Of a stretch of 64,000 nt of DNA, positions 1 through 12,679 are shown one piece after another. Numbering within the stretch: the first letter of the stretch is position 1; the number at the start of each line of letters is the position of its first letter. The DNA is from Felis catus. Its lineage: Eukaryota. The notes under the pieces are model-generated. The model saw only the letters and a list, made by a program, of their open reading frames with translations. It ran no database searches and was not told the origin of the DNA. The stretch is taken from positions 165,232,001-165,296,000 of the forward strand of contig NC_058368.1 in NCBI RefSeq assembly GCF_018350175.1, read 5' to 3'. The translations under genes and the position numbers were made by a program.

Positions 1-1356
1 ATTTTGTACTCTCCTTTTTTCCATTTTTTTTTAAATATAAGTGATGGAACTATTTCACAAAATTCTCTGATTTGTTCTTTTGGTTAAAGATATCAGTAAC
101 TATTGAAAAATATCAGAAAATAAGTCAAATAACTGATATACTTAATAATTTACCATTTTTAGGACTAAAGCGTACTAGTTGTTTCTACAGCCTTTCCCAT
201 TGTGTCCTTCATACTCCTTGGGAATTTTCTTAACCCTGATGTTTGTTTCTTTGTTTGTTTGGTTTGGTTTGGTTTCCTTTTCGGTGGAAGAAAACAGCAG
301 CCAGTAGATTCAACACAAGCACATATTGTTGATGTGAATATTTTCTCCGTTATACCCATGCATGGTGCTTTCTTTAAATCCATTATAATACATTTCCAAA
401 ATTCTTACCTGTAATTTATTGTCTATGATTGTGTTATAAAATAAACTTAAACATTATTTGAGATGATTCATGAAGGTTGGCTTACTGTTAGAAAGTTTTA
501 CACATCAGCCTAAGAGTAACATATCATAGTCTTAGAACGTCTTTGCTATCAGTGGCAAATAGATTTTGGAGCTTTTTTCAAGTGTTTTGACCTCTTCAAT
601 CAAAGATTTATTATGTCAATAGTCCATCACCTCCATATGGCAGGAGTTCATGACATCAAGGATAAGATCTACTTTACGATATACATTTTTACCATTTCCT
701 TGTCATGTTTGCTAAAGGAATCTTTTTTCTGCCCTTTATTGATTCCACTACATGTACCACCATTGAAATCCCACCACCAAAGAATTCGTATAAAATGTCA
801 CTATTATATATCAATATAGACAAGTTTCTTTTTCCTTGAGAGATCAAATATGAGGCTTTCATGTATTTGAAAAAAAAAGTAAACACCATTGAATTAAATG
901 AAGCATAGGGACATATAAAGTGAAGTTCATGATGTAGAAGGAAAATAAAAGTCCTCTATTAACGTCTGCAAAATCAGTGTAATTTTTGGAAGTGAAAACA
1001 CTTGTGTGCCTCATACATTCTATGCTGTGCTCCCATGCATCATGAATTATTTAAAATATTTAGAATATGCCTCATGCATTCTGCATGCCAAAGTTCAGAT
1101 AAATCTACTGTGATATGAACAGAAAAAAGCAGCTATATTTAACAAATAAATTTTTAAGTCTGCAGTGAAGACAAAATACACAATGTATACATAAGGAGAA
1201 TGATTTACATGTTTTAATCAACTAAAGTAGAATACTTCTAGTCCATACCTATACTCTTATTATTGCCTCCAAATTAAGAAAGCATCAACTGATCTTGTTT
1301 GTTTTTTCCTATTGTCTTTACTTTTTATTATATACCAGCTGATGTGGATCATCTGA

Positions 1357-1416
1357 TGATCTAGTCTGTAAGTAGAACTACTTCTGATCTAGTCTGTAAG
1401 TAGAACTACTTCTGAT
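1357..1416. repeat. Perfect 28-bp tandem duplication
   Basis: TGATCTAGTCTGTAAGTAGAACTACTTC twice (1357-1384, 1385-1412) plus TGAT. Confidence 0.95.
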
Positions 1417-2049
1417 ATATAGATAAAGCATAGGGTAATGTTTTAGTTGGAGGTAATCCACAAACAAAACCTCCCTCCATTCAAACTATTAGACTCAACT
1501 TCATCACCTAAAGATAAACTCCACCCTACTAGCCCCATAGTGGGAATTAGTCCGGGTGAATTAAAAGCTCCACGTAGACAAATGTCCCTATATTCTAACC
1601 TTTTGAGTTCTTGATCCTCATATTATTCACATTCTGTGGCCATATATGAATATCTTAATCACTGTCAACTCTTCTAGTCTGATATCTTAAATTCAAACCT
1701 CTTATTACCTAAATTCAACTATGCATGTAGTTCTCACTCTTCATTTCCATTGTACTCTACTTACTAACCTCATTAAGAATCATTCATTCTCTGGGCCCTT
1801 AAACTTCTCCTAATATATCAATCAGCACCATATTTAAAAATCTAATCTGTGACTTTATTAACAGGTAAGTTCAAGTTTCTTAAATGTATTGTTATTTCTT
1901 ACACAGTTAGACTTTTTATTTTGTGTTTCCTTTGTGTACCATTTTGGTTTGTATTTCTTCCAGGTCTTACCTTCCTCTGTATGCATGAGGTTTTCTTTAT
2001 TTCTCTTTATTTCTCTTCCTTTAAAAAAAATTAGCTATTTCAGTTTTTA

Positions 2050-2420
2050 TTTGTTCTTTATAAATTACTAATGTCCATACTTGACTGCAATAAAATTAGT
2101 TGATCAATACACTTGTTACCTTTAAACAATGCAAGAACCATTAAATATCTTATCTCAGATCTTCTCCTTTGGTATTTAGTATTATCTTTTGTGTGGTGTA
2201 TTATTTCTGACCTAATTTTTAACTCCTCTTTATTAATTTTTCAGCAAATGGGTAATGCATTAGTGAATATATTTACTAATTTCTTAACTTGTTATTTTTC
2301 TCGAGTGTGATTTTTTTCCTTTTGTTTTCTTGAAATTTTTGCCTTAAGTTTTTTTAATGAAATTCTGAGTGTAATATAGAAGCTCTTTTTTATTTTTTTA
2401 AAATTTTTTTAATGTTTATT

Positions 2421-2456
<36 letters not shown>

Positions 2457-3450
2457 GCAGTGAAAGAGGGAGACACAGAATATGAAGCAGGCTCCAGGTT
2501 CCGAGGTGTCAACACAGAGATGGATTAGGGGCTTAAACTCACAAACCAAACCGTGAGATCATGTCCTGGACTGAGTGGGCTGCTTAACTGACTGAGCCAT
2601 CCAGGCATCCCTCTTTATTTATTTATTTTTTCTTATTCTTTGACAATCTAGATGAACACAGAAATCTAATGACAGCTAGCTAGATTTTCCCTCAGCTGTT
2701 CAAACATGTTATTGTTTCTTGTTACTTGTCTTCAGGTATTTATATTAATGAAAAGTCACTTGTCACCCTTTCGGCATTATTTTTATTTTCTCTCAATTTA
2801 ATGTTCATTCTTACTATGGTGTGTACGGGTAAGGACTGGATTTTTATAACATTTGAAAACTGGGTGCACAGTCAATGTAAGGATTTAGCATTCTCCCTAA
2901 ACCTAGAAAACACTCATGTATGTCTTACAATATTGCTACACTTCTTTCTCTCTTTTTCCTCTGGATTTTATTACTATGTCCTTAGCACTTTCAATATATC
3001 ATACATATTTTCCTCCTTTTAAAATCCCAGTATGGCATTATAGGGTGTATTACCTCAAATCTGTTGTATAAAACTATATAATTTTAAAGCTACTTTTAAA
3101 TTTTAAAAATTACCATATTTTTTTCATCTTAGAAGTTATATTGAGTTATTTCTTCAAATTTTTTATATTATCTACAAACAAATAGTATTTATGATTTTAT
3201 GTCTTTTTATATTTTTGGTTATGTTTAAATACTTCTTTCATGATCTCCTTTAGGTTTGCTGTTATATTTATTTTCTGAAAGTGCTAACTCTCCTGTTTAT
3301 AACAAGTGCTCTCCTTTATGGTAGCTTATTTCCTTATCAGGTGGCCTTTTACTTTTGAGCTTATCTTTGAGGGACAGCGTCTTTGTTGTTTTGGTGTTTC
3401 CTCCTGTAGAGAGTTTCATAGGCCTTATATCTGGAAACATTCCTTTAGAA
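2050..3450 (-). mobile_element. Very old degenerate L1 fragment (L1M/L1ME-like), interrupted by a SINE
   Basis: T-rich antisense-L1-like texture; weak resemblance to the ORF1 region near 2650-3000; boundaries uncertain. Confidence 0.4.
2386..2611 (-). mobile_element. CanSINE (SINEC_Fc type)
   Basis: Poly-T tail, (GA)n tract, ...ACTGAGCCATCCAGGCATCCC head; short CTCTTT duplication. Confidence 0.95.
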
Positions 3451-3499
3451 TCAGTTTTGCATCTCCAGCTTACATTATTCTAAGTTATCAACTGAGTTT

Positions 3500-3565
3500 T
3501 TGTGTTGTTTTGTTTTGACATTTCTTCATTTTTGAGAGAGAGAGGCAGAGCACAGGCAGGGGTAG

Positions 3566-3623
<58 letters not shown>

Positions 3624-3755
3624 TAGAATCTGAAGCAGACTCCAGGCTCTGAGCTGTCAGCACAGAGACTGACACCGGGCTCAAACTCACAAACCATGAG
3701 ATCATTACCTGAGCCGAAGTCAGATGCTTGACTGACTGAGCCACCCAGACGCCCC
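3500..3755 (-). mobile_element. CanSINE (SINEC_Fc type)
   Basis: Typical body with expanded (GA)n/(GACA)n; 14-bp TSD TATCAACTGAGTTT at 3486-3499 and 3757-3770. Confidence 0.97.
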
Positions 3756-4076
3756 ATATCAACTGAGTTTGGACATGTTAGAAGTTTTTATTTTATAATG
3801 GTGTTAGATGCCTATGCCCAAGTAGAAATATAATTCCAGATCTACTATCCATGGGTGATAAAGGTTCTAATTTTCTGTTTCTCATGACTGACTTTCCTCC
3901 CATGACTTCAAGTGTAGATCAAATATCCTGGTTTCTAATCTTTGAGCAAAGCAGGACTTTGTTCTAGCTTCCTGTTTCTGTGGGACCTAATGCTAAATCT
4001 TCCCTTCTAGATAGCATTTAAAACCCTAGTATATATTTCTAATTATATCTCTGTAGGCCACAAAGGTTTAATTACA

Positions 4077-4090
4077 TGTATGTGTGTGTG

Positions 4091-4162
<72 letters not shown>
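4077..4162. repeat. (TG)n-(TA)32 microsatellite
   Basis: Uninterrupted TA run 4099-4162. Confidence 0.97.
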
Positions 4163-4165
<3 letters not shown>

Positions 4166-4304
4166 CTGTCTTTTTCTTCCCTTTGGCTTCTAGCATTACA
4201 GAGTTTCTTTTATTTCTTTAAAAAAGTGATTTTATATTGATTCTATGTTTCATGTCATATTGAGTTAGATTTTCCTTATTATGTCAAAATTGACTGCTAG
4301 AATT

Positions 4305-5253
4305 TATAACTGAGGATAAATAGGCAATAATTATCTTGTATTATTAAAGAGAACTATGACTGGCCTGTCTTTCCCTGACTGGATGTTTGTTTATACACCC
4401 CATTGACTGATATATCTTCTGGGCTTATTATTTGAACTTGGAAAAAAAAATGATCATTGGAATGGAGAATGTGGATATGGAAAAGCTATGGAATAGCCAG
4501 CATTATGCTTGCTTAGAATGCTGAAGGTGAGGAATTCTCATCTTCAACCCCATTGAAAGAGTAACCTTTGAAATCTCTTATGATCCACCACACAAGAGGC
4601 CAGCTGATGAGTAAAGAGGCTGTGGTATAGACAGTTGTGGAATTGAAGAGATCATGCCGGATTGGATTTCTTATACCAGGAAATTGTTCAGAGGGTCCTT
4701 TGCCTGCAGGGTCCCCTGAAATATTCACATGTGTTCTCCATTTGATAAACTACTTCCTGTTCCCTGACTCACAGAAAACACAGATACCAAGCCTGTCTTA
4801 ACAAAAGGAGAAACAATAGCACTGTCTATGGCAGTGGACAAACACATATGAAGAAGGTACTTGCCTCTCAGATCTATTCCTCCTTCGCACATGAACATGC
4901 TTGAGGAGCAGAAACCCAGAAAACAGAGAAGGAAAAGGAAGAAGAGAAGAACTTAGGGGAGGAGTCATCTCAGAAAAGAGTCCACTCTTCCTTTCCTCTC
5001 AAGTCCCTCTTGCTAAAGCCTGGCAGATGCAAATGGAAGGGGAAAAGCAAATGTTAATTGAACATGGAGTTGATTTTTAAACTTATGACTAATCTTCTTA
5101 CATATTTGAACATGAACACAAAGTAATGAAAACTGCAAAATGTAGTTAAGGGAAAGGAAAAGGAGATTCAATGAAGCATGAAAAAAGGCAGTGATGGGAG
5201 AAAAAAAATTAAAATCAATTCATTTTGATGAATTGTGCGATAAAGCAGTAACA
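4305..5253 (+). mobile_element. Ancient solo LTR, MamGypLTR-like
   Basis: About 950-bp purine-rich block; 3' part (AAGGCAGTGATGGGAGAAAAAA...AGTAACA) resembles my recall of MamGypLTR ends; terminates in CA. Confidence 0.45.
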
Positions 5254-5816
5254 TATGTTTTTGTACTGGGACTGAGGCCTGTCTTTGCCAACTCAGCCTT
5301 CCTTATTGATGGCATGTCATTTATATTATAAATGAAATAATCTTTAGTGTGGTGAGAAAAGCATTTTGAAGATTTTTCCAGTCAAAACGTTGATTTATAT
5401 TAAGGAGTACATCTCTGAAACTCATTGAAAGTTAAAAATATTGAACTTTAAGAGGAATGTAAATGTCTGATAAAGGTTTTATTACTAGGAAGATGTGTTT
5501 TTAAGCTATAACAACCATCTACAGAAACATATGGTGTCTTGCCAGTTAGACCGATAGGCCCACATTTTTATACTGAGCTGGTTCCTAACTATCCTTTTCT
5601 AATAGACAAATATAAACACATGAACTTTTTAAAAATTTTAATGTGGAATGTAACAGTAGCACATATATAGAATGACAGGTATTAACAGAAGTGACCATAT
5701 GAAAATTACCCTGCTGGACATATTAAAAAGAATAGCCCATTTACTTGAAAATAATATCATAGTAGATTACAAACATGTGATTTGTATCCTAATTTCCCTA
5801 TTACAAATGTGCTGTG

Positions 5817-6215
5817 GAAGAACCTGAATTCAAATCTTAGGTCCATATTTACTTGTTAGGTAACTTTAGACAAATTACCATACTTTTGAATCATGTACTG
5901 TTATGTGTGAAAAGTGTGTGTGTGTGTATGTGTGTGTGTATGCACACATGCATGTGTGCACACATGCATGTGTGAAAGAAGAGGATGTGTATTTAGATAG
6001 TATTTAGTATTTAGATACTAAGTATTTAGATAGTGCTTAGTGCAGAACATATGATAGACATTTAGATAAGTATTTAGATACTAAGTATTTAGATAAGTAT
6101 TTAGATAGACATTTAGATAAGTATTTAGATACTAAGTATTTAGATAAGTATTTAGATACTAAGTATTTAGATAGTACTTAGTGCAGAACATATGATAGAC
6201 ATACAGTAAGGATAC
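5817..6215 (+). mobile_element. MIR remnant split by a microsatellite and a minisatellite
   Basis: CCTGAATTCAAATC...GGTAACTTTAGACAAATTAC 5' part; AGTGCTTAGTGCAG...ACATACAGTAAG 3' part. Confidence 0.55.
5989..6202. repeat. Compound minisatellite of AGTATTTAGATA(CTA) units
   Basis: 11-15 bp units; about 45-bp block ending ...TAGTGCAGAACATATGATAGACAT present twice. Confidence 0.93.
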
Positions 6216-8224
6216 TTTGTTTTCTACCAACACTTCTCTACTCCTCTGAGTCAGAAAGTAAGAAATTCAGATAAGAGGGCACACAAACTAGGGCAGGCTC
6301 TTGGAAACAAGATGAGCTCTTTTGGAACCACATCCTCTAATAGGCAAAATAAACAACAGAGAAGCAAAAAAAAAAAAGAACCCCAAAACTTATTTTCTTG
6401 GAATAATAGATGATGAATTGTGTTCCCCTTTATGCAAAAGATAGACTAGCCACTGGCACTGATAATCCCAAATGATATAGTCTAGCCAGATATGAAAATA
6501 GGCTTTCTCAATATACTACCCTTGGTTTTCTCATAATGGGACCACAAGGATCATCATTTGACTGTTAGAAGTACTCATGGAATTTCTCAACAAATTAAAC
6601 TGATTTTTATTAAGTTCTTACTGTGTACAGTGATTTTAATTGTTCTTGGACTGTCTAGCATTCATATCCTGAGCATTCACTCTATATTTATATATTTTTT
6701 CCTTTGAATATTTTTTACTTAAATGTATTTTTCAACCTGATTCTATACCTGTTCCTTACTTACATAACTTGGAGATCTGTCATCGTAGGTCTTAATGGGG
6801 CCTATTATCAATAGTTACCATATTACCATGTTCTATGAATATCTTTATTCTAGATATGATATAACTTCAAATTTCGCTTTTCAACCTCACTGGTATTTTT
6901 CCTGTTGCTTTTTCTTCCCCATAAATTTTTGGCCTTCACATAATTTTTTTCTTACCAGTTTGACTAATATGTGTAGAATTTCTTCAGAGTAGAAATTACT
7001 TGCAGAGTAGAACTGATAGCGCATAATCCAAAATTGAATTGAGCTTTTGTATCCTAATCAACAGTCCCTTTCCTTCTTCCAAATCCTATTTTGCCATCCT
7101 TTATTCAGCAGTTACCACTGACCCCAGGATGTTCTTCCAAGATTTCCACTTCAGATTAACTATTTAGCCAAAGAGCATGAAAAATTTTTGCAGAAAGAGA
7201 ATTACTCCTTCCTGATGCAAAATCATCTGAGGGCAGAGACCATCAAGGCTAGATAGACATAGATATTAAGAACAGAAAGATGATTTCAAGGATGACAGGA
7301 CATTCTAATCTGCATAGAAATTAACTATATATTTACAAGAGAACTTCCCTAAAGGCCATCTCATTTTGCCAATGTGGATTTCAAGACCGTGGTAGCTGAG
7401 GTATATTTGCTTTTATCAAATACTTTATAATTTAGAATACATACCTAGGATGCTGTACTCCTAGGTTATTTCCATTTTGAATGTAGCACTCTACCCCCTC
7501 AGTCCTTCTATTCAATTCACATCCAGGGCCTGAGATTTTCATCATCCATGGTTTAGGTCTTTAGAAAATTATTGCTGAAATATAATCATGTTAATTGGGA
7601 GGGAGTTGAATTTATTGATAGCGTGTTAAACACTAGCATATTTTAAAGATAATTTTACTTATAGGTCAAATTACAGAAATATGTCCTTAAATTTAGCAAT
7701 AAGTTAAAAAGTTGCGATATTGACACACATTGGGGTAAATAACTTGATTTGGGAAAGTAGGAAAATAATGAGAATGTGATTTACCGAGGTTACACTTTGG
7801 AATGGGACCTCATTAAGAAGCAAGTCCTGGATTACTGGAGGTAGAAGAGAGTTATAGGAATGCAGTCTGGTCTTGAGGAGATGTGTACCACAACCAAGAA
7901 ATAGAGACAGGAATAAAAAAGTGAAATATCACCTAATTCACCTATTTTTTTCAAGGTCCTATACCTGTCCAATGCCTCTTTTTTTGTTGTTACTATTTTA
8001 AACTAGCTCAGGAGCCACTGGTTTTGATCAGATTTTCTTCCTTTCTTGGCCTATCTTGTTTATGCTCTTATCTCTATTATCTGAGGTCATGAAACTTAGA
8101 GCTTTGATTCTGAAAACTCTACATGTACCTTTGTCTCTGTTTCTATTTCTTCTTGTATTTCTTTGTCTCTCTTTTTCTCTTTATCTCCATAGACACACAA
8201 ACACACAGACTGCAAAATATGGAC

Positions 8225-8570
8225 AGTGCACTGTCATAGGGTTACTAAGAATTGTAAGCTTTGATATATTAAACCTGAACAGGGCTGGAGGACAGCAATA
8301 GTTATTTGCACCTAGAGAGAGGGAGCTAAGTCAAGGCCATCCTTTAAACAAAAGCAGCCAGTTTTAGCAACCCTTCACAGAAGTCAAGGGATTACTTTGA
8401 GTTTACTTTCCTATGTCTCATTTTTTCCCCTGTGCTTCCCACTGGCTACCTCCATCTCCCAGAAGCCATAGAGCAACAGACCCCAAGGTCATTGTCCATA
8501 TACTCACAAAATAGGTACTGCATTTAGAGCGAAGTCTGGAAGAGTGAATGGAAGGTATCTAGTATAGTGC
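8225..8570. mobile_element. Old MaLR (MLT1K/L-like) LTR fragment
   Basis: CCCACTGGCTACC...CAGAAGCCATAGAGCAACAGACCC...GTCCATA resembles old MLT1 LTRs. Confidence 0.4.
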
Positions 8571-8963
8571 AAAATTATTCAGATGAATGAATATTTTCTA
8601 CAGTGACTTCTTCATAATATTCAGGCAACTTATTCATCAAATTAAAAATAAAATTATAACAGGTCTACTTTTTATTGTAGTGATCCAACATATGTGTTCA
8701 TTATAATTGTTCACAAATATGTATTACTGGACAGGAATATCTAGAGTGTATATATTCAGTGATGAACTGATAAACTTCACACAGTGGAGGAAAACAGTTT
8801 CATACAAAATTGCTTCCAAGACATTAATAGTTCTCACTTTGGGGAATTTATCTGGAGAAATTCTCCAAGGTATCTCATCCAAGAGATGTGATCAAAAGAG
8901 CGGACCACCTAAATTAGCTGCTTGTTCAGACTATGTTAAATATTTTAACAGGAAGTTAAATTA

Positions 8964-8966
8964 AAA

Positions 8967-9013
<47 letters not shown>

Positions 9014-9016
9014 ATA
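8964..9016. repeat. (AAAT)n microsatellite
   Basis: About 13 perfect AAAT units. Confidence 0.97.
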
Positions 9017-10827
9017 GGGAATATATTTTTTATTTTACACAGAAAGAGAAATTTTTATTTTCCATATCCTGTGTCCTATCAGGTGCTGTGTGATAAATAA
9101 ATTAGTCATAAACTAAAGATTAAAAGAAAAACACAACCAAGTAACAACTTGATTTAAACTTTATTATTTATCTGGTATTATTTGTGATAAAGTTCCAAGA
9201 TTGTGTACTTAAAGGTTAGATTAACTATGTATTACTCTAGCACCAAGAGAAGCAAGTTTCTAGATTTTGATGATTATTCTAGGGTTTTATAAGTTTTTAA
9301 CATTTGAAGATGGTGAAACCATACTATAGGAAAACTGTATAATTTTTGTAACATTTCTTTCAACTTAACAATTATCTAAAAATAGAAATCTTAAAAACAA
9401 CTTAGAAACAACTATCAAAACAAACTGTCTTAATATGTATTATCATTGATAATATGGCAGTTAAAAGTACTATTTGCAAGAGTACCAATCTTCTGAGTAA
9501 AATACCTTCACTCTAGGAAAGGGCAAACAGAAAAGTAGCATTTGTGAATTCATTTTAAAAAATCCCCTTGATGGAATATTTACTCTAGAAGTTTATGAAA
9601 ATGAGGACATAAAAATATTAAACTTATAAATCTCACTTTACAAAACCACTTACAGATTTCAAAAACATTGCTGCATATTTTGTCTGAGGTCTTGGGGTTT
9701 AATTTTCTGGTCTTTTGAGAAGAGAAATATGTTTGTGTCAGAATGTGAGATGGAATTTTTCTTGCATGAGACAAAACATGGAATTATATTCGAAACCCTA
9801 TTTTAGTGAACAATTTTAATAACGACTGACCATGAAATATAATAAAACAAAAACACCAACTTGGTTGTCAGTGACTTAAATGACTGCCATCAAAAGAGTC
9901 ATTTTTTTGACAGAGTGAAAATATAAATTGTGTATTTACACCCCCTATATTTCTTTTTTGTGAATAAAAAACCTTTCAATTCACCCCCTTAATACAGAAA
10001 AAATGAAACACTGAGTTACAGTAAAAAGAGCAAGGTGATTGTAATTCCTCTACCATTTACTTTCTTAATCTGAAGCAGGTAGTTTAACAAAAGACTCTGT
10101 ATCATCCTTTTAAATTGAGGTTAAACTTCATTACAGGATTATCAAGTGACTTAAAGGAAAAATATATAGTTAATTATAAACTAAAAGATCAATACCAGGG
10201 TAATACTACTACTTATATTTCTACAATGATTTATGAGAATAACAAGCGATAACATTTATGCCAACTAATGATGTAGAGTGGGGGGAAAAAGTTTGTTACT
10301 GGTACTTTGGCCAGGCTTCAGGTCTAGCTTAGAGATGTGTAACCATGTAAATATTCATGTGAAAAGTCCAGGTAAACTGACCTGAATTCCGTGATCTAAA
10401 GAAGTCCAAAGCACTCTCCTCAGTATCTGCAGATTCCTAAGGGCATGTTTTCAAACTATTCTGTGCTTCTGACATTTGCGTTCTCACAAGCCAACTAACT
10501 TTTGCCTGAATTAGTGTGAAAGCAAAATTTACTCCTACTATTCTTTGGCATGTGCACAGGTTTCGTGGGTTCGCTCTTGTTACTTTCTCTCTCACTCTCT
10601 CTCTCTCTCACCCCCCCCCCCCCACACACACAGACAGAGTCCAATCACATAAATATTCTGGGATAGAACAAAATGAATCTTTATGGATCACACAGATGAT
10701 TCATTCTACACGCAGCTGGTACCTTTCTGTCTTCTCCCATTCTCTCATCTCCTTACTCTTCTCTAGAATCCTTTCTCTAAAGAGACATTTTGTTGGTTAT
10801 GGCCAGACTCTGGAAACACAGGGTATT

Positions 10828-11028
10828 CATATTCAATATTACATTATATATATATGTTACATTTATATATATTACATTATTACATTACATTACATAATAT
10901 TCAATATTACATTACATCATATTCAATATTACGTAATATATATATTACATTTATAAAACAATATACACATGTATATTTCATATAGATATATATGTGCATA
11001 TATATAATATTATGTATGTACACACACA
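10828..11028. repeat. AT-rich low complexity ((ATTAC)n/(TA)n)
   Basis: Degenerate ATTAC and TA repeats. Confidence 0.85.
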
Positions 11029-11600
11029 AGTTTTAGATGAATTATGATATCGGTGATTAGAGTAAAATATCCTCTTTATAGATTCCTCCAAATTTTGGTA
11101 GTGCCCTGGCCACCTGTTGGGTATTTAGCCCTATGGGAGAAGCCTTGGTACATTTTTAAACTTAATTCAGGTAAGAGTTTTTTTTTAATATGTAATACAT
11201 TTATCATTGGCTACAAGAAAATGTATTTTCTACTTGCATTTTAAGTATCTATTTTTTAATTACCATAAAATAGTAAGTAGCTAGAAATATCAACAAAAAA
11301 TCCCTTTGGTGGGTAATGGAGAATGGTTTTTAGAGTCATATTTGAATTTAAATTACATTTATGTCATTCCAGTTTCAGATATCTCCAACCCATTCTAGTA
11401 TTTTAAATCTATATATTTTGTTGGTGTGCACAGCATTGTACTTTGTGGATTTCAAGCAGGATTCACTTAGGAAAACAGAAGCCATTGCAGGCATTTCAAA
11501 GAGGAAGGTTTTTCATATCAAGAAATACAGACTTAAAACTTGTTGGCAAGGTCAGAAAAGTAACTGTCAGTCCACTATTGAGTGTTCAAGAAATCAGGAA

Positions 11601-12335
11601 AGCAATTTAGAAGTTCTTAAATTAAAAATAGAACTACTTTATAATCCACCCACTTCTGAGATATATACCATTTCTGAGTATATAACCAGAGGAACCTAAA
11701 CTATTATCTTGAAGAGACATCTGAATTCTCATGTTCACTGTGGCATTATTCACAATCACTTAGTTATGCCATCAACGTAAGTATTTGTCAGTTGATGAAT
11801 GGATCAAGATAATATGGTATGGTATAACATATAGGCAATGGAATAATCTTCCTTGAAAAAGAAGGAAACCCTGTCATTTGTAACAAAATGAATGAATCTG
11901 CAGGGCATTATGCTAAGGGAAAGACAGCAGATGGAGAATGACAAATACTGCATAATATTTATATGTGTAGTGAAAAGAAAAGTCAGACTCATGGAAACAG
12001 AGTAGAACAGTGGTTGCTACAGGATGGTTGGTGGTACAAATAGGAAGAGGTTGGTAAAAGGTTTCAAACTCCAATTATGAATATGCTTTGAGAATTTAAT
12101 GCATAACATGATGACTACTGTTGATAATACTGTATTGCATAATGGAAATTTGCTGAGAGTAGAACCTAAATATTTTTCCCAAGAAGGAAAAAAAAGAGCA
12201 AATAGGTGAGGTGATGGATGTGTTAATTAACTCAATGGAGTGATCTTTCATAATATATAACGTATATCAAATCTTCCCATTGCACACTTTAAACATCTTA
12301 CATTTTTCAATTATACCTCAGTAAGGCTGGGAAGG
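11601..12335 (+). mobile_element. L1 3' end (L1MA8/9-like), 5' truncated
   Basis: ORF2 C-terminal remnant (LKIELLYNP) followed by 3'UTR ending CAATTATACCTCAGTAAGGCTGG. Confidence 0.88.
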
Positions 12336-12344
12336 GGGAAGAAA

Positions 12345-12438
12345 TTCTGTACAGCTAATAAGTAGTGGAGCTGGGTTTCAAACCCAGCCACCCTGGATCC
12401 AGAATCCATGGTTATACCCATGCTTTTAACCACTATTC
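12345..12438 (-). mobile_element. MIR fragment
   Basis: ACAGCTAATAAGTAGTGGAGCTGGGTTTCAAACCCAG...TCCAGAATCC...TTTTAACCACTA. Confidence 0.75.
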
Positions 12439-12440
12439 TT

Positions 12441-12490
12441 ACTCTTCTCTCAACTCTCAACTCTTCTCTCAACTCTCAACTCTTCTCTCA
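12441..12490. repeat. 19-bp tandem repeat (about 2.6 copies)
   Basis: ACTCTTCTCTCAACTCTCA repeated. Confidence 0.9.
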
Positions 12491-12529
12491 AATTCCATCT
12501 TAATGACTTTATAACATATTCTTATATGA

Positions 12530-12605
12530 TAATATATATAAAATAATATATAATATATAATATATAATGTATATATTATATATAATATATATAATATGTA
12601 TATAA

Positions 12606-12676
<71 letters not shown>
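12530..12676. repeat. AT-rich tract plus (TG)n(TA)26
   Basis: TA run 12624-12675. Confidence 0.95.

Positions 12677-12679
<3 letters not shown>

Noticed and set aside
165..889. Short ORFs at the window start and a minus-strand AG/GTAAGA donor-like site near 405-412
   Set aside because: No recognisable protein similarity, ORFs run through a (GTTT/GTTTG)n tract, and no matching acceptor or exon structure
5989..6202. Repeat array superficially like a CRISPR array
   Set aside because: No unique spacers, variable unit length, mammalian context; a minisatellite
10516..10956. Longest ORF in the track (146 aa)
   Set aside because: Passes through (CT)n, poly-C, (CA)n and ATTAC low complexity; composition artefact
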